Shown here in pieces: positions 1 through 14,230 of a stretch of 63,131 nt of DNA. The position numbers and the translations under genes were made by a program. This DNA is from Vermamoeba vermiformis (lineage: Eukaryota), in assembly GCA_045837725.1 (NCBI GenBank), contig JBEWZL010000161.1, positions 1 through 63,131 on the forward strand, given 5' to 3'. The first letter of the stretch is position 1. Each line of letters opens with the position of its first letter. The notes below the pieces were generated by a model. The model was not told the origin of the DNA. It saw only the letters and a list, made by a program, of their open reading frames with translations, and ran no database searches.

Positions 1-74
1 GAACGTATTTGATTGCTTAATAATCCGCTTAAATAGAGTGTATATTAACGTTTTTATTAGTATCATATATTTAG

Positions 75-1611
75 GAACAACAGATGGGAAGATAATCAGC
101 GTTCAAGTCAACAATTATGATTTTTCAAACTCGCCAGTCGTTGATCTTACTGTCACCACCGAAGCAATAACAACCGTGCAAGTAGACTCATTAAGAGGAT
201 ATTTATACGCCGCTACAGCAGGATTATCTTCTACAAGCCCATCAATCTTGTACCGCATTTCTTTGGCCAATTTCAGCGTTGTGGATCAGCTCGTTCTGGA
301 TTCGCGAGATTTTACCGTTTCGATAAGCGCTATTAGCGACACTGCCAAAGGTAATGTTAAGCAATTTGAAAATCATTATTTAACAGATTCTAACGAATTT
401 TTAAAATTGAATTTTTCAGGCGGGATCTTGTACTTGGCCACGCAGCAAACACCTGCTCGTATCATTCAAATAGACGTCTCAAGATTCGTGCGCGAGACAG
501 GATATTTCTTACCCGATGCGTCAAGTCAGGGGAGTAGTAGCGCAGCCATAGATCTCAAACGCAACATTTTGTGGATCGGAACAATCGATCCATTAACAGC
601 CTCGCCGAGTGCTATTGCTATACAAGGTGCTGGTACGTACACATTATTGATTTCAATATTACTGAAAGATTACTAATTGTTGATCTGCAGATCTGTGTCT
701 TGGCGATTGTTTTGGCCGAGGTACTTGCATCAACAGAACGTGCTCTGATTGCGGCACTGCTGACATGAACGGTGTTACATTGGAGTGGATGCAGCCTTGG
801 TGCGAGTTCCGTAAGTATAGATGATTTCAAACGAGTCGCAGCTTGACGGTTAATGACACTTTTGACACTTTGACACTTACGTTATATGGCTTTTTGACGT
901 GCTCAAGCACTTGCCGGCATTTAAAAATGACTTTTTTGACACGTTGACACTGAACACGACTCGTGAAATCTGGCGATGCAGTTGTCAGAAATTCGAGTTC
1001 GATGTGACACTTTGCGACACTTTGACACGTTACTATAGCGTCACTATGGTACCGTTCGTCATAAAACTTACAGTCAGTGTCGAGTTTAAGTCACTTTAGG
1101 CATCGCTCCATTCATATAGTGTTATAGACGGCTCACAGCACGTGACACTTTTGATGCTAAACATTGATCAATGTATTGTTGACACTTGTTTCGCACAGTG
1201 AATTGCGTGGATCCGAGCTGCAGCGGTAACGGCCAGTGTCACAACGCGACGTGTCTGTGTGACGCTGAATGGACAGGCGTCAACTGCACGATCAAACAAT
1301 GTCCCAACAACTGCACGTCTAGTCTGCAAGGCACGTGTTTGTATGACCAGAACAATCAACCTGTCAAATGTGAATGCAAAAATGACTGGCAAGGCGAAGA
1401 CTGCAGCACAGGTATATACTATTAACTTTAATAAGGAGCGTTTATATATCGATATTAATTTTTCTTGCTCCCAGCGTTCTCTCCTGTCACATCCGCTCAA
1501 CCGAGTGATACAACAGCTCCAATCTCCAAACCAACAAGCAGTGCTACGATGACTACTGTGCTAAACTATATGATATTGCTATCGTTGGTAGCATTGTTGG
1601 TTCTACGGTAG
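75..1611 (+). CDS. 3' part of a GPI-anchored cell-surface protein (propeller-like region plus tenascin-type EGF repeats); 5' end lies outside the window
   Basis: Exons ~75-350, 420-632, 691-810, 1199-1411 and 1475-1611 join in frame over GT-AG introns. EGF motifs CLGDCFGRGTC, CSGNGQCHNATCLCDAEWTGVNC and CPNNC..CECKNDWQGEDC are followed by an S/T/P stalk and a hydrophobic C-terminus (MILLSLVALLVLR*). Confidence 0.85.
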
Positions 1612-1765
1612 ATCTCGATCTGATCGAAGTCAGATCCCAAAGAGCGTCATTTTGTCAGCGCCAAAAACTTTTGCCATATTTTTCCCTTCGAACAGATTTT
1701 ACAAAGAAATTGCTAATTAATGTAATCGTAATGAAACTAATATTTATTGTTGTGGTCACCTTCGC

Positions 1766-4700
1766 TTATTTCTTATGTTTCTTCTTTTCTTTGATGTTTG
1801 CAGCTGCTTGGGCTCCTTGCATTAAAATCATTTGCACTGGATCGTTGGTGTTATTATTTCTTGGTGAAATTTCATTAAGCACACGTTCTTGTTCTTTTTC
1901 TTCCTCTTCGTCTGAATCAGGCTCGTGTTTTTCCGTATAAAATGCAAGCAAATTTTGCAGTGAGCTTTGCGGTTGACTGACAAAGATAAATTCCGCTAAA
2001 AATAGAAAAGAAATTAGTATTTTTTGGCTTGAAAATCTTAATTAATTATTGTACGCACTTCCATCGGCTAAATGCAATATCGTGTGCGTTTCTTCGAACG
2101 CATTGCCACTAATGTCATCTTCAATCGTTTCTTCGCCGAGCGTGGCTCCTTTAGTGTCGTATAGCTCCTGCAAATGAAAACCTATCAATATTTGCAGTAT
2201 CGATATTAATTTCTCTCGTTAAATTTGATGTGAGAATGCAAAGCAGATCCGATAACAAAAAAGAATTAGAACTTACATTGTCAATGATGATCGTATGTCT
2301 ATCTTTGGACGAAATTTCGACACGTTTGAATTCGCTGCTAGGCTGAGGGGTCCATTTTAACCTTTCACCTCGGTACGTCACACCGCGGTTTTTCAACACA
2401 ACGGCTATGACAGTTGTTTTGACCTTTCTGCGCGCCAAAAAGTAATAAATCATTTTGCTATTTTTAGCGCACAAGGCCTCCATTAATCCGTCGCTAAACG
2501 CTTGTTCAAAATCTGTCTTTAAGATTTCGTCGAGAATTCTTTTCAAGATTCTGGTGCTCGGATCGTAATCGGGGAATGCTCCGGCGCATTTTATCAATCG
2601 TTCGTAATTTTGTTCTCTTCTTCGCACCTAAAAAACATAACAGACACGTCAAACTTCGTGAAAAAAAAGTCGTACAACAAATTTCCTTATTAGGAAATAA
2701 AATATTGTTGTAATTTTGACTTACATTAGCGTTGTAGAGCAATAAAGTTGAGACGCATTTCTGTACTTTCATTGAAACAGTTGTCGATTGATATTTAGCG
2801 AGGCAGATCTGACGGAAAAATAATATTAGACGACCGAACCTTTAAAAGGAAATACTAAAGTGTCAAACTGTGTACTTCAAGTGCGGTCTTTCCGTCAGCA
2901 TTTTCAACTTCCAATTGTGAATTGAGTCCTTGTTCGAGCAAAAACTTCATTGTCTTTGGCTTGGGCTCTATTGACGCCTGATGCAATGCCGTGTTGCCTT
3001 TAGCATCGATGTACAGCAATTTGAGTGGCGAGTTCGAACCAACCTAAGAGAATTTCCTTATTTAGAAAAGTACGAAAGAAGACAAATTTCCTTATTTGGA
3101 AGGCAGTGTCACATTAAACAGTTTTGGTATAATTGAAAAATTAAAAATTTTTTTTGGGAATATACCTTTTCCATGATCAATTTCAAAGCGTTTCTCGTGG
3201 CCGAATCTTTGCTGGACAACAAGCACGCTTGAACGATGTTCTTGTCGTTCATTGAAATGCTTTCGAGATACTCTTTTGGCAACAGACCGAAGTTCGGTTC
3301 CTATAAATAGAACAACGGTCACTCGCATGAGCAAAAAATGAAATCTCAAACCGATTTGAAAAACATGAGAAATCTGAATGCTCGATTGTAAATATTTGCA
3401 GACTGCTGGGTGAAATTTGCAGATGGTCCAGTGAAATTTCACTTGATTTGGAGGAGCACGTACCTTGGACATCAACGAGACGTTGTAAAACAAAAATCCG
3501 GTGGCAGGCTGCAAGAAGTCATCGCGATTGAAGACAATAGCGTTATGAATCACATCGCAGCCATGTCTAATATTAATTTCAGCCATAATGCTGTTCTTGT
3601 AGTTGTCGCGCACTGCGGTCAAGAATTGTTCCGCCAAAAACAGACCCACGAACAGATCTCTTTTGTTTTCAAGAGGATACTTGCTCAATCGACCTACAAT
3701 AAAATTAATAATGGATTATAACATTATGATATTACTCAATTGAATATTGATTTGATCGAAAAGCACAAGTTGGATCTGGATCCTGATCAGATCAGATCTG
3801 GATTCGGCAACGTAGAGAAATTTCGAGGCAAATTGAAGGAAAATATGATTATAGTCGTACCAAAGTATATCGATTCAATAAATAACTCCATATTCGCTGC
3901 AATGTCGTTTGGTTCCAAAGTCGGACTTTTAATTTCGATCTCGCGGTTGTCTTTGTCAGCCATTTCTGAACTAAACATTCCTCGAAAGTATTCACTGCCT
4001 AATTAGGAAATAATATTATTACTTCAGAATCGGTCTGCAAATAAAAAAAGAGTTTCTTACTGCATGCCAAAAATAATCTATGGCAGTTGTAGTAGTTTGC
4101 GTGACCGGCAATTTTAAGTTTGAAATCGCTGAGCGGCGTATCGGAGTTCACTTGCGGAACAATCTCAAGCGGGAGATTGTTCATTTTGTAGAGCACTTGG
4201 TATTTCTGGATGCGGATCAAAAAATTAAAATGGTGCGGAAAACAGAGAATTCTATTCGCATGGTATTATTGCTGATAATATTAACTTACTTCTATCAAAG
4301 GCTGCAATGCGCTCTTCAAAACTACATTTTCAGTTTTGCCGAGAACGGATGGCTCGTACAAACTTCGCAAAAATAATTCGGCTTCTTGTGGCTTATCCAA
4401 TAGCTCCTCGATAATATAAACGGTGTCTTTATCGTCAATTTTGTTATTTTTGAGGGCTTGAAGAAGCGCTGGGCTGCTGAGTTGGATCACAATTTGATGG
4501 CAGTTAAAGACGGCGCTGGAGGTGCTTGGTTTTGATACGGATATTTTTATATCGCTTAAAATAGGCGAATTAAACCATGATTGGAAGTTTACAATCGAAC
4601 GGCGAATTTCTAAAATTATTTAAAAATTGTTAGTCTTTACGATCAGCCGAAGCATATTGAATTTGATAGCCACCCGTCTTTACAGTATTAAAAATCGATT

Positions 4701-4817
4701 AAAAAAATCTTGTTTAACTTCGAGTTCGATGCAAAAGTTTGGTAAAGTAACGGCCTCATCCGAAAAAAACAAGCGGGCCTGATTTGTTAAAATTCGGTTG
4801 TACTTACTCTGCTCCAT
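1766..4817 (-). CDS. Multi-exon ankyrin-repeat protein; 5' end uncertain
   Basis: Minus-strand exon ~2840-3040 reads IDAKGNTALHQAS...MKFLLEQGLNSQLEVENADGKTALE (ankyrin consensus). Flanking minus ORFs 1766-1951, 2151-2627, 3787-3978, 3999-4220 and 4281-4490 fit one spliced gene. The candidate ATG at 4817 is tentative. Confidence 0.6.
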
Positions 4818-4945
4818 TATTTTCTATTGATTGAGTCTTTGTCTCTGTTCGTGTTCTGATCTCGATAGTTTTTAGGGAGTTTTTTTTTTTTGTAACGAAT
4901 AAATTTCTCCCGTCATTTTCATGAACAGCGCGTGAAAGTACCACA

Positions 4946-6163
4946 ATGTCGAACGAAGATATACAGCGCGAGGAAATACAAGTGCTTGACTCCATGTATG
5001 GTGGAGATCAAAGCTTGACTATTATTGACGACAAAAAGTTCCAGATCAAGATTGAGGATCTTGAAGGCGAACCTAGTAAGCCTCTGTTAATATTCATTTC
5101 AATATTAATATTACGTACATATTGATTTAACGGCAGAGATTAACTCGGACGCTCCTTAATGCATATCAAACAGAAAATTATTTTTGTATCCGTAACTAAC
5201 CCTATTAACCTTGATTTAATTATAGAGCAACATATATATATCGAGTTTGAATTTACCCCAAATTATCCGGCCGAAGCACCGATTTTTAAGCTCGATCTAC
5301 CTGAAAATGAGAAATTGTCAGTAAAAGGAAGACAAGCTATTATTGATAATTTAAACGAGCAGGTAATTATATTAAATATTAAATATTACATGGCGATTGG
5401 CGATTAAAGCTTTTCATATTTAACTTCATGAACACAGATACGATCAGATTTGCTTTCTCGCTTTGACAAATCATGCGTTTTTGAAAATATTCGTACATAT
5501 GTCGACATTATAGCGATCCTTTATACTAACAGTTTCCTCGTGAAGGTTGCTCCTCTTCTTGACATGCCAATGATTTATACCCTTGTCGAACACTTGCGAA
5601 GCAATTTCAAAGACATTATCACTCCTCATATTGTAAGTGCTATTAATATTAATAATGGATCCTTAATTTTGATTTAACTAAACGAGTTCTCGCGGGATCT
5701 TTTTCAACTTTCAGATCGAGATTAAAAAAGATTCTGAGGCTTTGAAATATCACTATAATTGTTCTTCGACTAATATTCTCGTAACATTAGCACACTTCGA
5801 AGAATTTGTGGGAAGCAGCGCAACAAAAGAAACCAACCGAATCAGAGCAGAAATCGAGCGTTACACAGGCTTCAACGAGCAGCAAAAAAGATGAAGAGCC
5901 GAAAGAAAAGCTTACGAAGGCTCAAAAGAGAAGATTAGGCAATCAAATTGACGTTAGAACCGGTGAGAAACCGCGAGGTAAGTCATGAAGCCAGATCTTG
6001 TCTTGGCCGCTCTATTTTCATAACTTATGATATCTTTAAGCATACTTATTGATATTTAAATGTTTAGGCTGGAATTGGGTTGATGTTATTGCTCACGTAA
6101 GTAATTTTTAAAACGCGTGCATCCGCTAACATTTTAAACTTTTAGTTGAGCAAGACTGGATAG
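4946..6163 (+). CDS. RWDD4: RWD domain-containing protein 4
   Basis: N-terminus MSNEDIQREEIQVLDSMY, RWD motifs FTPNYPAEAP and DMPMIYTLVE, and the RWDD4-type C-terminus LTKAQKRR...[20 protein letters not shown]. Confidence 0.9.
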
Positions 6164-6255
6164 ATCTATTTGTACATATTATTAATAGAGCGTGTAGTAA
6201 ATATTATTATTACAAAATACAAATGTTTATTCTAAAACTAGCAGATCTAACACCT

Positions 6256-8121
6256 TCAATTGTTGCTCGAATAATATTTCGTCAGAATAGAAATAACAGG
6301 CTTATTTTGCGGAGTGTAACTGTTTTTAACGTCCCATGTACCAGCTTTATAGTGTAATAGGTCAATAGGTGCACTAGCAAACAATTTTTAAACTCACCTT
6401 TTGGATCGGTCAACCAAGCCCACCAGAATATGCTACCGCAAAATAGTTAACAAAAGTAGCAATAAGGCAAGTATTTAATATACCCTTTGAACCACGATCG
6501 ATTCGGAATAGCAACGGCCTCGAAAACAGCTTGGTACAAATCTGGATGTGGGTTCAAAGTCAGATTAAATTGAATAAAAGCATGCCTTATCGTACCTGAT
6601 TGCAATTTATAATTTACTGGAGCATCAGAGATGTATTCATAAGGATGAATATTCGCACCATTTTGAGAAGGATAGCCTGAATCGAAATAATTAATGGACG
6701 AAACGTACTAGCGGCTAAATAGCTACATACCAATTTCAGTAAATATGAGGGGCTTATTATACTGTTCAGATAAGCTTTCCAACGAGCTGACGAGGTCTGA
6801 CCAACCATCGATCAGATCTTGTAACGAAGGATCGTCGTTGTCAGGAGCGATCGGATAATATGCATCCTATAAAAATAAAGGTGCGTTGAGTCTTATTGAA
6901 ATTTGGCCTTATTATCTCATTCGTAGGAGTTCAGGCAGGCTGTGGATGTACATCCGCACTAGCGTCGACCTTGGGTTACTTACCACGCCAATAAAATCAA
7001 CGGCGTCCCACCAAGTAATCGAAAATGGCGAGTAACTATCAGGACCAGCCCAATTAGCAGCATAAGTCAATTTTCCGCCGTAAATTCCTTTCACGTGCTT
7101 TACGACGTCTCTCCAGTACGACTAAAATATAGTAATGGTTAATTAGTGATATATACAAAATAGGTATAGAGTATTGATGAGAAGAATTAATTCTGGATGG
7201 ATAACCTACCTCGTGTGGATCGAGCGATTCAAGTTCAGTTCCAACAGCGAATTGTTCAACACCGTATTGTTGGGCGATAGTAGCGTAATGACCGATGAAA
7301 ATTTTGTAACTCTCGAAGAACCACTTGAAATCAGAAGTATTGAAATATTGTCCAATCTACCAGAATTAATTCTACTTAGTATCGCACGTAGTAATAATAA
7401 ATATAAACAATCATCTTACATCTCCGCGCCATTCTCCGTTTGCAGTATCTTGATAAAATAATTAGCTCTAGTAAAGTGGAATCTATTAAAGCGTAAAAAG
7501 TACTTACTAACCGGATCTACGTGCGCTTTTAGCATGACAGATAATCCCTTCTTATGTGCTTCATTAATGGCATGCACGAGCTATAATTAATCAGTTAGTA
7601 TTAATTTGAGCTCGAGGGCTTAAAGATCCTTACTTGACCATCAGTGGCGGTATGAACGCCCGGCAAAATAGTGGTGCTATTAATATCTTTGACGAACCAT
7701 ACAACGATAATGCTGACCCAATTAGCTCCTAATAATACAAGGTAAGTAACATTAAAATTGATCTGTGGTGATTTTATTCCTTACCAGTCTTAGTTAAATT
7801 TCCTAATGAATAATCTGAACCTCTTTGATCATATTTAACTTGTGGGCAATAGATATCGTTCGCGTAGCTAAAGCCTTAAATAATAAATTAATTCATAATT
7901 TTATTTATTGATAAACGCGACTTGCAATATTAAGTCGGATCATTTATGATAAATAATGGCGTAATTATTGCAAGTTTGTTTGATTAAAGAGCGGATCTGA
8001 AAGGCATCACAAAAATTTTGCTCTGCTTACCTTTCTGAAAATCATTACTCAGCTGAGCATCGACTCTATGATATATAACACATAAAATAAACAACGTAAG
8101 CACGCCAGATATTTTGTTCAT
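6256..8121 (-). CDS. Secreted glycoside hydrolase family 113 (beta-mannanase-like TIM barrel)
   Basis: Signal peptide MNKISGVLTLFILCVIYHRVDA. Motifs KGLSVMLKAHVD, FAVGTELES, GKLTYAANW, WWDAVDFIGVDAYYPI, FWWAWLTD and YTPQNKP. About 10 introns. Confidence 0.8.
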
Positions 8122-8381
8122 CTTCGCTGCCAAAAATAAATTGTGATCGGCTTGAAAAACTTGTCTCCACCGTTCGCGGTACACAAACTTACTTCTTGAT
8201 TATTTTACTGGCATTTGTGTATGCTTATTGCGCTACTGCAACAAAATACGAAGATTTATTTCTGAGAAATTAGAGACCGTTTTTGCTTTTTTGGCGCCTT
8301 TTGAAATATTTTGATTTTATTCGCTGCACGAGGAAGATGACGCCTGAGTACCCGATCATTTTATTTTAATATTTATACAAC

Positions 8382-11300
8382 ATGGGTATTCAAGGCTTAT
8401 TGCCAAACCTCGCGTCCATAACGAGAGCCGTGCATCTGCGCGATTTTGCAAATCTCCGTATTGGCGTGGATGCGTACGTTTGGTTGCATAAAGCTACGTA
8501 TTGCTGCAGCTATGAATTATGCAATAATATTCCAACCGACAAGTAAGCTTACTAATTAATTCAGAATTATAATTTCCTAAAATCAAAATCCAATTGTTTT
8601 CATTCGAGTATTTGCTTTTTGCCTGATTACTGCAAAATCAATTATAATAAATTATTATTACAAGGTATATTCAGTATTGCCTCAAGTGGGTGCGCATGCT
8701 TCAAAGTTTCAATATCATTCCGATCTTGGTGTTTGATGGCGGCCATTTGCCCGTTAAGGGCGATAAAGAGATAGAACGACGCACGTAAGTGGCAAATTAT
8801 TTAATAATACCCTTTTTGGAAATTAAATAATCAAGTTCCTGATCGATCCCTCTTGCGGAACTCTTTACAACCCACTCGCTAATAAAGTTTCAATTATTAA
8901 TTGTTTTCTTTAGCCGTCGTGAAGAGTACAAGAAAAAAGCGGCAGAATGTATGAGCAAAGGCGACAAACGAGGCGCGTACGAGCATTACCAAAAGTGCGT
9001 GGATGTGACTCCCAAGATGGCTTTCAACTTGATTAAGGCCCTCCAAATGATGAATGTACAATATATAGTGTCTCCTTATGAAGCTGATGCCCAGTTGGCG
9101 TATTTGGCTCGCAACAGCATGGTGGATGCGGTCATTACTGAAGACTCAGATCTTATTCCTTACGGAGCCAGCCGAGTAAGTTCAACAAACTTTAACTACT
9201 AATAACATCATGCTAACTATCGAGCACTACCATAGATCATCTTCAAACTCGATAAGCTCGGCAATGGTAAAGAACTGAGGCTTGCGGATCTGAGCGAGGT
9301 CAAAGAGTTGGATTTTAGCTCTTTTACGCGAGACATGCTAAGGTACATAATCATCGCGTACTAGATAACGTATTTATAATAATAACGTTCAAATAGGCAC
9401 ATGTGCATTCTTTCTGGCTGTGATTATGCTGGATCTATCAGCGGTCTTGGTGTAAAGAAGGCACACGCTCTGCTCAAGAAATACAAAGACATCGAAAAGG
9501 TACTCGTTATTTTGCAATATCAATGGCACCTTCTAACGGATTTTTCAGGTCTTTAAAGCGATTAAGCTTGACAAAGCCCTCACGATGCCCAAAGACTACG
9601 AGATAGCGTTCAAGAAAGCTGATCTGACATTTTTGCACCAGCGCGTGTACGACCCAATTCAACGCAAGATTGTGACGTTGACGCCTTTGCCTGACGATAT
9701 CATCGATCCTGAACAAGACTGGAACTTTTTGGGTCCCGAGTTACCTGATGACATTGGCCGAAGAATTGCTGAAGGTATTTCCTTTTATAGTAACATTATA
9801 CGTGCTGTGCTAATTTAACCATTAGGTATTTTGAATCCTCATACCAAGCAACCGTTTGAGAATGACACGCCGACGTACAATCCGAACCGACTTTCAGCTT
9901 CGAAGAAAGTGGTTGGTAAAGAAGTCAAAATCTACGCGCAAAAAAGAAGGGCAATGACTTCATCTGCAAAAAACACTCCTGTCGCGCAGAAGAACACAAT
10001 TTCGAATTATTTCGTGACCAAGTCCACGAGCAGTTTGAACGTGTCGCTCAACAACTCGGTGAGCCAGAGCGAAGACAACAGTGTTTTTGACGAAGAAAGT
10101 AATGACAGCGGGTATTTACCAAATATGGCAAAGAGCACCGCGAGCATGGATTACTTCGACGATGACTTTTCTAACGTGGATCTTGATGCACTGTTCGAGA
10201 ACTCGCTTGGATCTGGCAACAACAATTCCAACAGCAATCACAGCACCGAGCCTCAGAGTTCAGTGAACAATGAAGAAGAGGTCAAAGAAGAAAAGACTGA
10301 TGACACGCGTCAAGACCTCATTTTGGCACCTGCAACGCCAAGCCCGAAGAAAAAAGTTTTCATCGTTCGCAGCAAATATTTTGACCCAACGACGTCGCAA
10401 GGCACGCCTAAATTAGACGAGTCAACGGATCTACTGCTAAAATCGCTGAGCAAGTCACGTGACGTGGATCAAGAAGACGTTTTCGCGTCATTGGATGAAG
10501 ACGACCACATTGACGAGGACTTTGAGACACCTAAAAATAGAAGCACTGAGCGCATGATGCGAGATATGGGCAAGCCACTCACCTCGACTCCAAAGTTAGC
10601 ACGCAATTTGAATACGGAATTTCTGGCGATCGACAAGTCAACGGACAATAGCGATGGAAGTCTCAGTCCGATGGGTCCTGAAGACGTTTTTATCGATGAG
10701 AAGGGCGCTAAGAAATCTCCATTTTTCCAAGGTACGTCGCACTTTTTTATCTTCTTATTTGCACTATTTAACTATAATAACACCGCTTTTTGTGTAACAA
10801 TTATGGCTCTTATTGATGATTATTTTGCAGTTCCGCTCAAGCCCTTCTCGAGTCCGCTCGTTAAAAGCACTGGCAGATTGTCACTTCGTACCACGCAAAC
10901 GATTAAATCGAGCTCAGTGGTGACAAAAGTCATCACGGACAACGATCAAATCGAAGAGGTTGATACGAAGATCACCTTGACAAAATCTCTTAGCTCCGCG
11001 TCTATATTTAGAATGAAAGATACTCCTGGTTACAACGATCAGGATGATGACGCGCAAGAAAATAGCGCTAAAAATAGCGCGGGAGAAAGCAGCGAGAACA
11101 ATAATAATAGCGAAGATAAGCATAATAAGAGCGATGATAATTTGTTCGAGAGCGTGTCGAAAGAATTGACCAACAATAACAACAGCTCTAATAATAACAA
11201 TAATAAGAATGTTGATAATAACGATAGCGAGAATAATAATAACGAGAATAGTGCGAATAGTTTGGATGATTTTGACGTGAAGCCGCCAAATCCCAAAAAA

Positions 11301-11719
11301 CGAGATCTACCCTCGGAATCTTCGTCTTCGGTTGACAGCGATAAAGAGAATAGTCCAGTCGTAGTTGAACCAAAGTAAGTATATACTATAGTATTAATAT
11401 AATCCCGTTACGTGCGAATAATGCAAATTTGTCCGATCTTGATCTAACCCAAATTTCCATCCGCAGAAAACCTTCGCTGTTTGATAAACTCAATTTGAAT
11501 AGATTCTCGTTCAAGAGGAAAGAACGTGAAGGTAAGCATCATAAATATACTAGTATAGGGTTTGATAATGTTGCATCTATTCTTTTCTGACGTCAAGTGC
11601 ACTCAGGGGACTCGGAAGAAAAACCAGCGACGAAAAAGTTGAAAACGTCATCATCTACGACTACCTCGCGGATGACATTTGTAAATAGCTCGTCTTCGGC
11701 CATCGTAATAGATGATTGA
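8382..11719 (+). CDS. EXO1: Exonuclease 1 (XPG/FEN1 family)
   Basis: [57 protein letters not shown] and [12 protein letters not shown]-box-like QKNTISNYF and a long S/N-rich tail. Confidence 0.95.
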
Positions 11720-12153
11720 AGATTCACATGTGTGTATATAAAAATTGCCTTCAACACATCCACCAACTTCAGCAAGAAAATCCGTGGGCAAAGCCTAGAT
11801 CTAGTCTAATATAATAGGTACGTTTTACGTATTTTCATGGTATACATATACTTGGCTAACCATTACTTCGTAGTTACGTTCGTCGATCGTCGTTTTTAGC
11901 CCATCTGCCTGATCGGATCCTGAATCCACTTAGATACTGCAAGATTTTTTCAGTCTCGATTCTCGGAAGGTAAGTGCCACAAATGGACTGCACGAATCTT
12001 GCATGGATTTTTTGGTCCCGTTTCTACAAAGAATATACAGAAACATGCCGTACGTGTCATATCACACTGATTTGACGTGCAGTTAACCAAAATGCAGGTA
12101 CAAAAGCAAATCTTTTACGCAGGATTTTCATTATTTTTATTGCACTCGACAAT

Positions 12154-14131
12154 ATGCGACAACAACTTGTTGGCTTAGCTTTCTTCTTACTCGTTGCTTG
12201 TGCAACATCTGCTCCTTTGGAAATCCGACCAACGGATTCAGACTGGCTTCCTAAAATCAAAGGACTGACTGCTGGCCAAACTTTGATTGTCCACGCTGGT
12301 ACCTACACTCTTACCTCGAAGTTTTCTACTACTTGGGCCGGCACTGCTGCATCTCCGATCGTGATCCAAGCCGCTTCTGGTGAAGCTCGCCCAGTCTTCA
12401 AGCAAACCTCTGTTCAAAATATTTGGGACGTTAATGGTTCATATTTCACCGTTAAGGGCCTCGAGTTTAGTGGCGGAGGTCGCGGCATCCGCTTGGGAGA
12501 AGTTACCAGTACGCGGTTACAAAACAATACCTCATAATTTGTACTTTTTCTAACATCTTATTATAGATACGAGCCACGTTGTTTTTGATAGTATCTACGT
12601 CCACGACACTGCGGATAACGCATTCAGTGCTAACGACCACAACAAAGTTTACGAGAACATTACTGTTCGATACAGCGAGTTTACCAGAACAGGTACGCTA
12701 TTTACATATACGCAAGATTTTCCGTATCGTATCTTTGCGGGGAATTGCCTCATTTGTTTTTTTCGTCCCATCTACGGACTTGTTTACTGATCCCATATTT
12801 TTAGCCCATACTGGTGAATGCGTCTACCTGGGTTGCCAAGATAATGCCTGCAGAACATTTAACTCGCTCGTTGAGTTCAACTATTGCCACGATACGACTA
12901 CGGACGGATCTGGTTCCGCTGGATCAGGTTTCCAAATCAAGACCGGATCTTACAACAATGTTGTCCGCAACAACGTCTGCAAGAACACTCCTGGTGCTTG
13001 CGTCTTGCTCTATGACGACTATAACCTCGGAGCCAATCTCGTTGAAGGCAATGCTATTTTGAACGTCAAAAACGACAACGGCATTCAAGTGACTGCTGGT
13101 GCTATTGTTAGAAATAACGTTATTATTGGATTCGGTAAGAGTTGTCAAATTGTTGAGCGCATTTGATTCTTTCAATTTACTGGATTTGCTATTTTATCCG
13201 AAGCTGATCTGAATTCATTAGGTGCTGCTGGTATCGCTGTTGCTAACAACCAACCTATGACCGGTTCTACTCCTCGTAATGTCGTCATTGAGCACAACGC
13301 TATTTACAATACTAAGGGCGAGTGCCTTCGTTTAACAAGCATTGCCGCTGATGAAGGTTGGGTCGTTTCGAACAATGCTCTTTACTGCGCTTCATCTATT
13401 GCTATCACTGTTGCTAGCGGCACATTGACTGGTAAGCAGCACTAAAATTTTTGTAACGAATCCGGAATCTGAACGCATCTGAACAGGAGTCCCTGTTACA
13501 AACAACGGATATATTGGTACTGCTCCTACTCTCCCTGCCTCGAACATTAAATTATCAGCCACGGTCGCTCAAGTCTTCGCTGATGTTTTGAACAACAATG
13601 TTTACCCTGCTGTCGGATCCGCACTTATCAAGGCTGGTGATGCTACTCATTCGACTTCAATCGACTTTAACGGATTGGCTCGTGGTAACCCTCCCACTAT
13701 TGGTGCATACGTATGTAAACTGGATATTTATGATGATTACTAAGACTAACTCAATGCAGGAATTCTCGTCGAACACCAATCCTGGCTGGCAAGTCCAAGG
13801 AGGCTTCAAACAACTCGCCAATGGTGCTGCTCCTCCTCCTCCCGTTAGCAATCCTCCTCCTAGCACTCCTCCCCCTAGCAATCCCCCTCCAAGCACTCCT
13901 CCTCCAACTCACACTCCCACTAGCGGATCTGCTCCGACCTCATCCGCGACTCCAGTCGCGGCCAATACCCCAACTGCTGGTACGAATCCACCTTCTACTA
14001 CACCTAGTCCAAGCGATGTTACTCCACAAGCGGCTAATACTCCAGCCTCGTCTATCACTTCAGTCAGTAACACTCGTTCTATTTCAGGTGCTGCTGTCTT
14101 GCTCGTGTTGAGCGCTGTTTTGTTGGCTTAA
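12154..14131 (+). CDS. GPI-anchored right-handed parallel beta-helix (pectin-lyase-fold) surface protein
   Basis: Signal peptide, GTAASPIVIQAASGE, GECVYLGCQDNAC, FQIKTGSYNNVVRNNV and repeated N-ladder motifs. P/T/S-rich stalk and hydrophobic C-terminal GPI signal. Confidence 0.85.
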
Positions 14132-14230
14132 ATTTTGTATACTAGTATTGTAGCGAATTGGGTGACTTTTAATGATTGCCTTAAATGTCATTTTTACATG
14201 CGTCGAAAAAATAAATCGCTAATTTTTTAT

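Noticed and set aside
6581-6600. Apparent 10-nt micro-exon with a GC donor in the GH113 gene
   Set aside because: A simpler model with the exon reading ...DAPVNYKLQS and a normal GT donor keeps the frame.
11039-11373. AAT/AAC-rich repeat and antisense ORFs
   Set aside because: Ordinary poly-Asn coding tract in EXO1.
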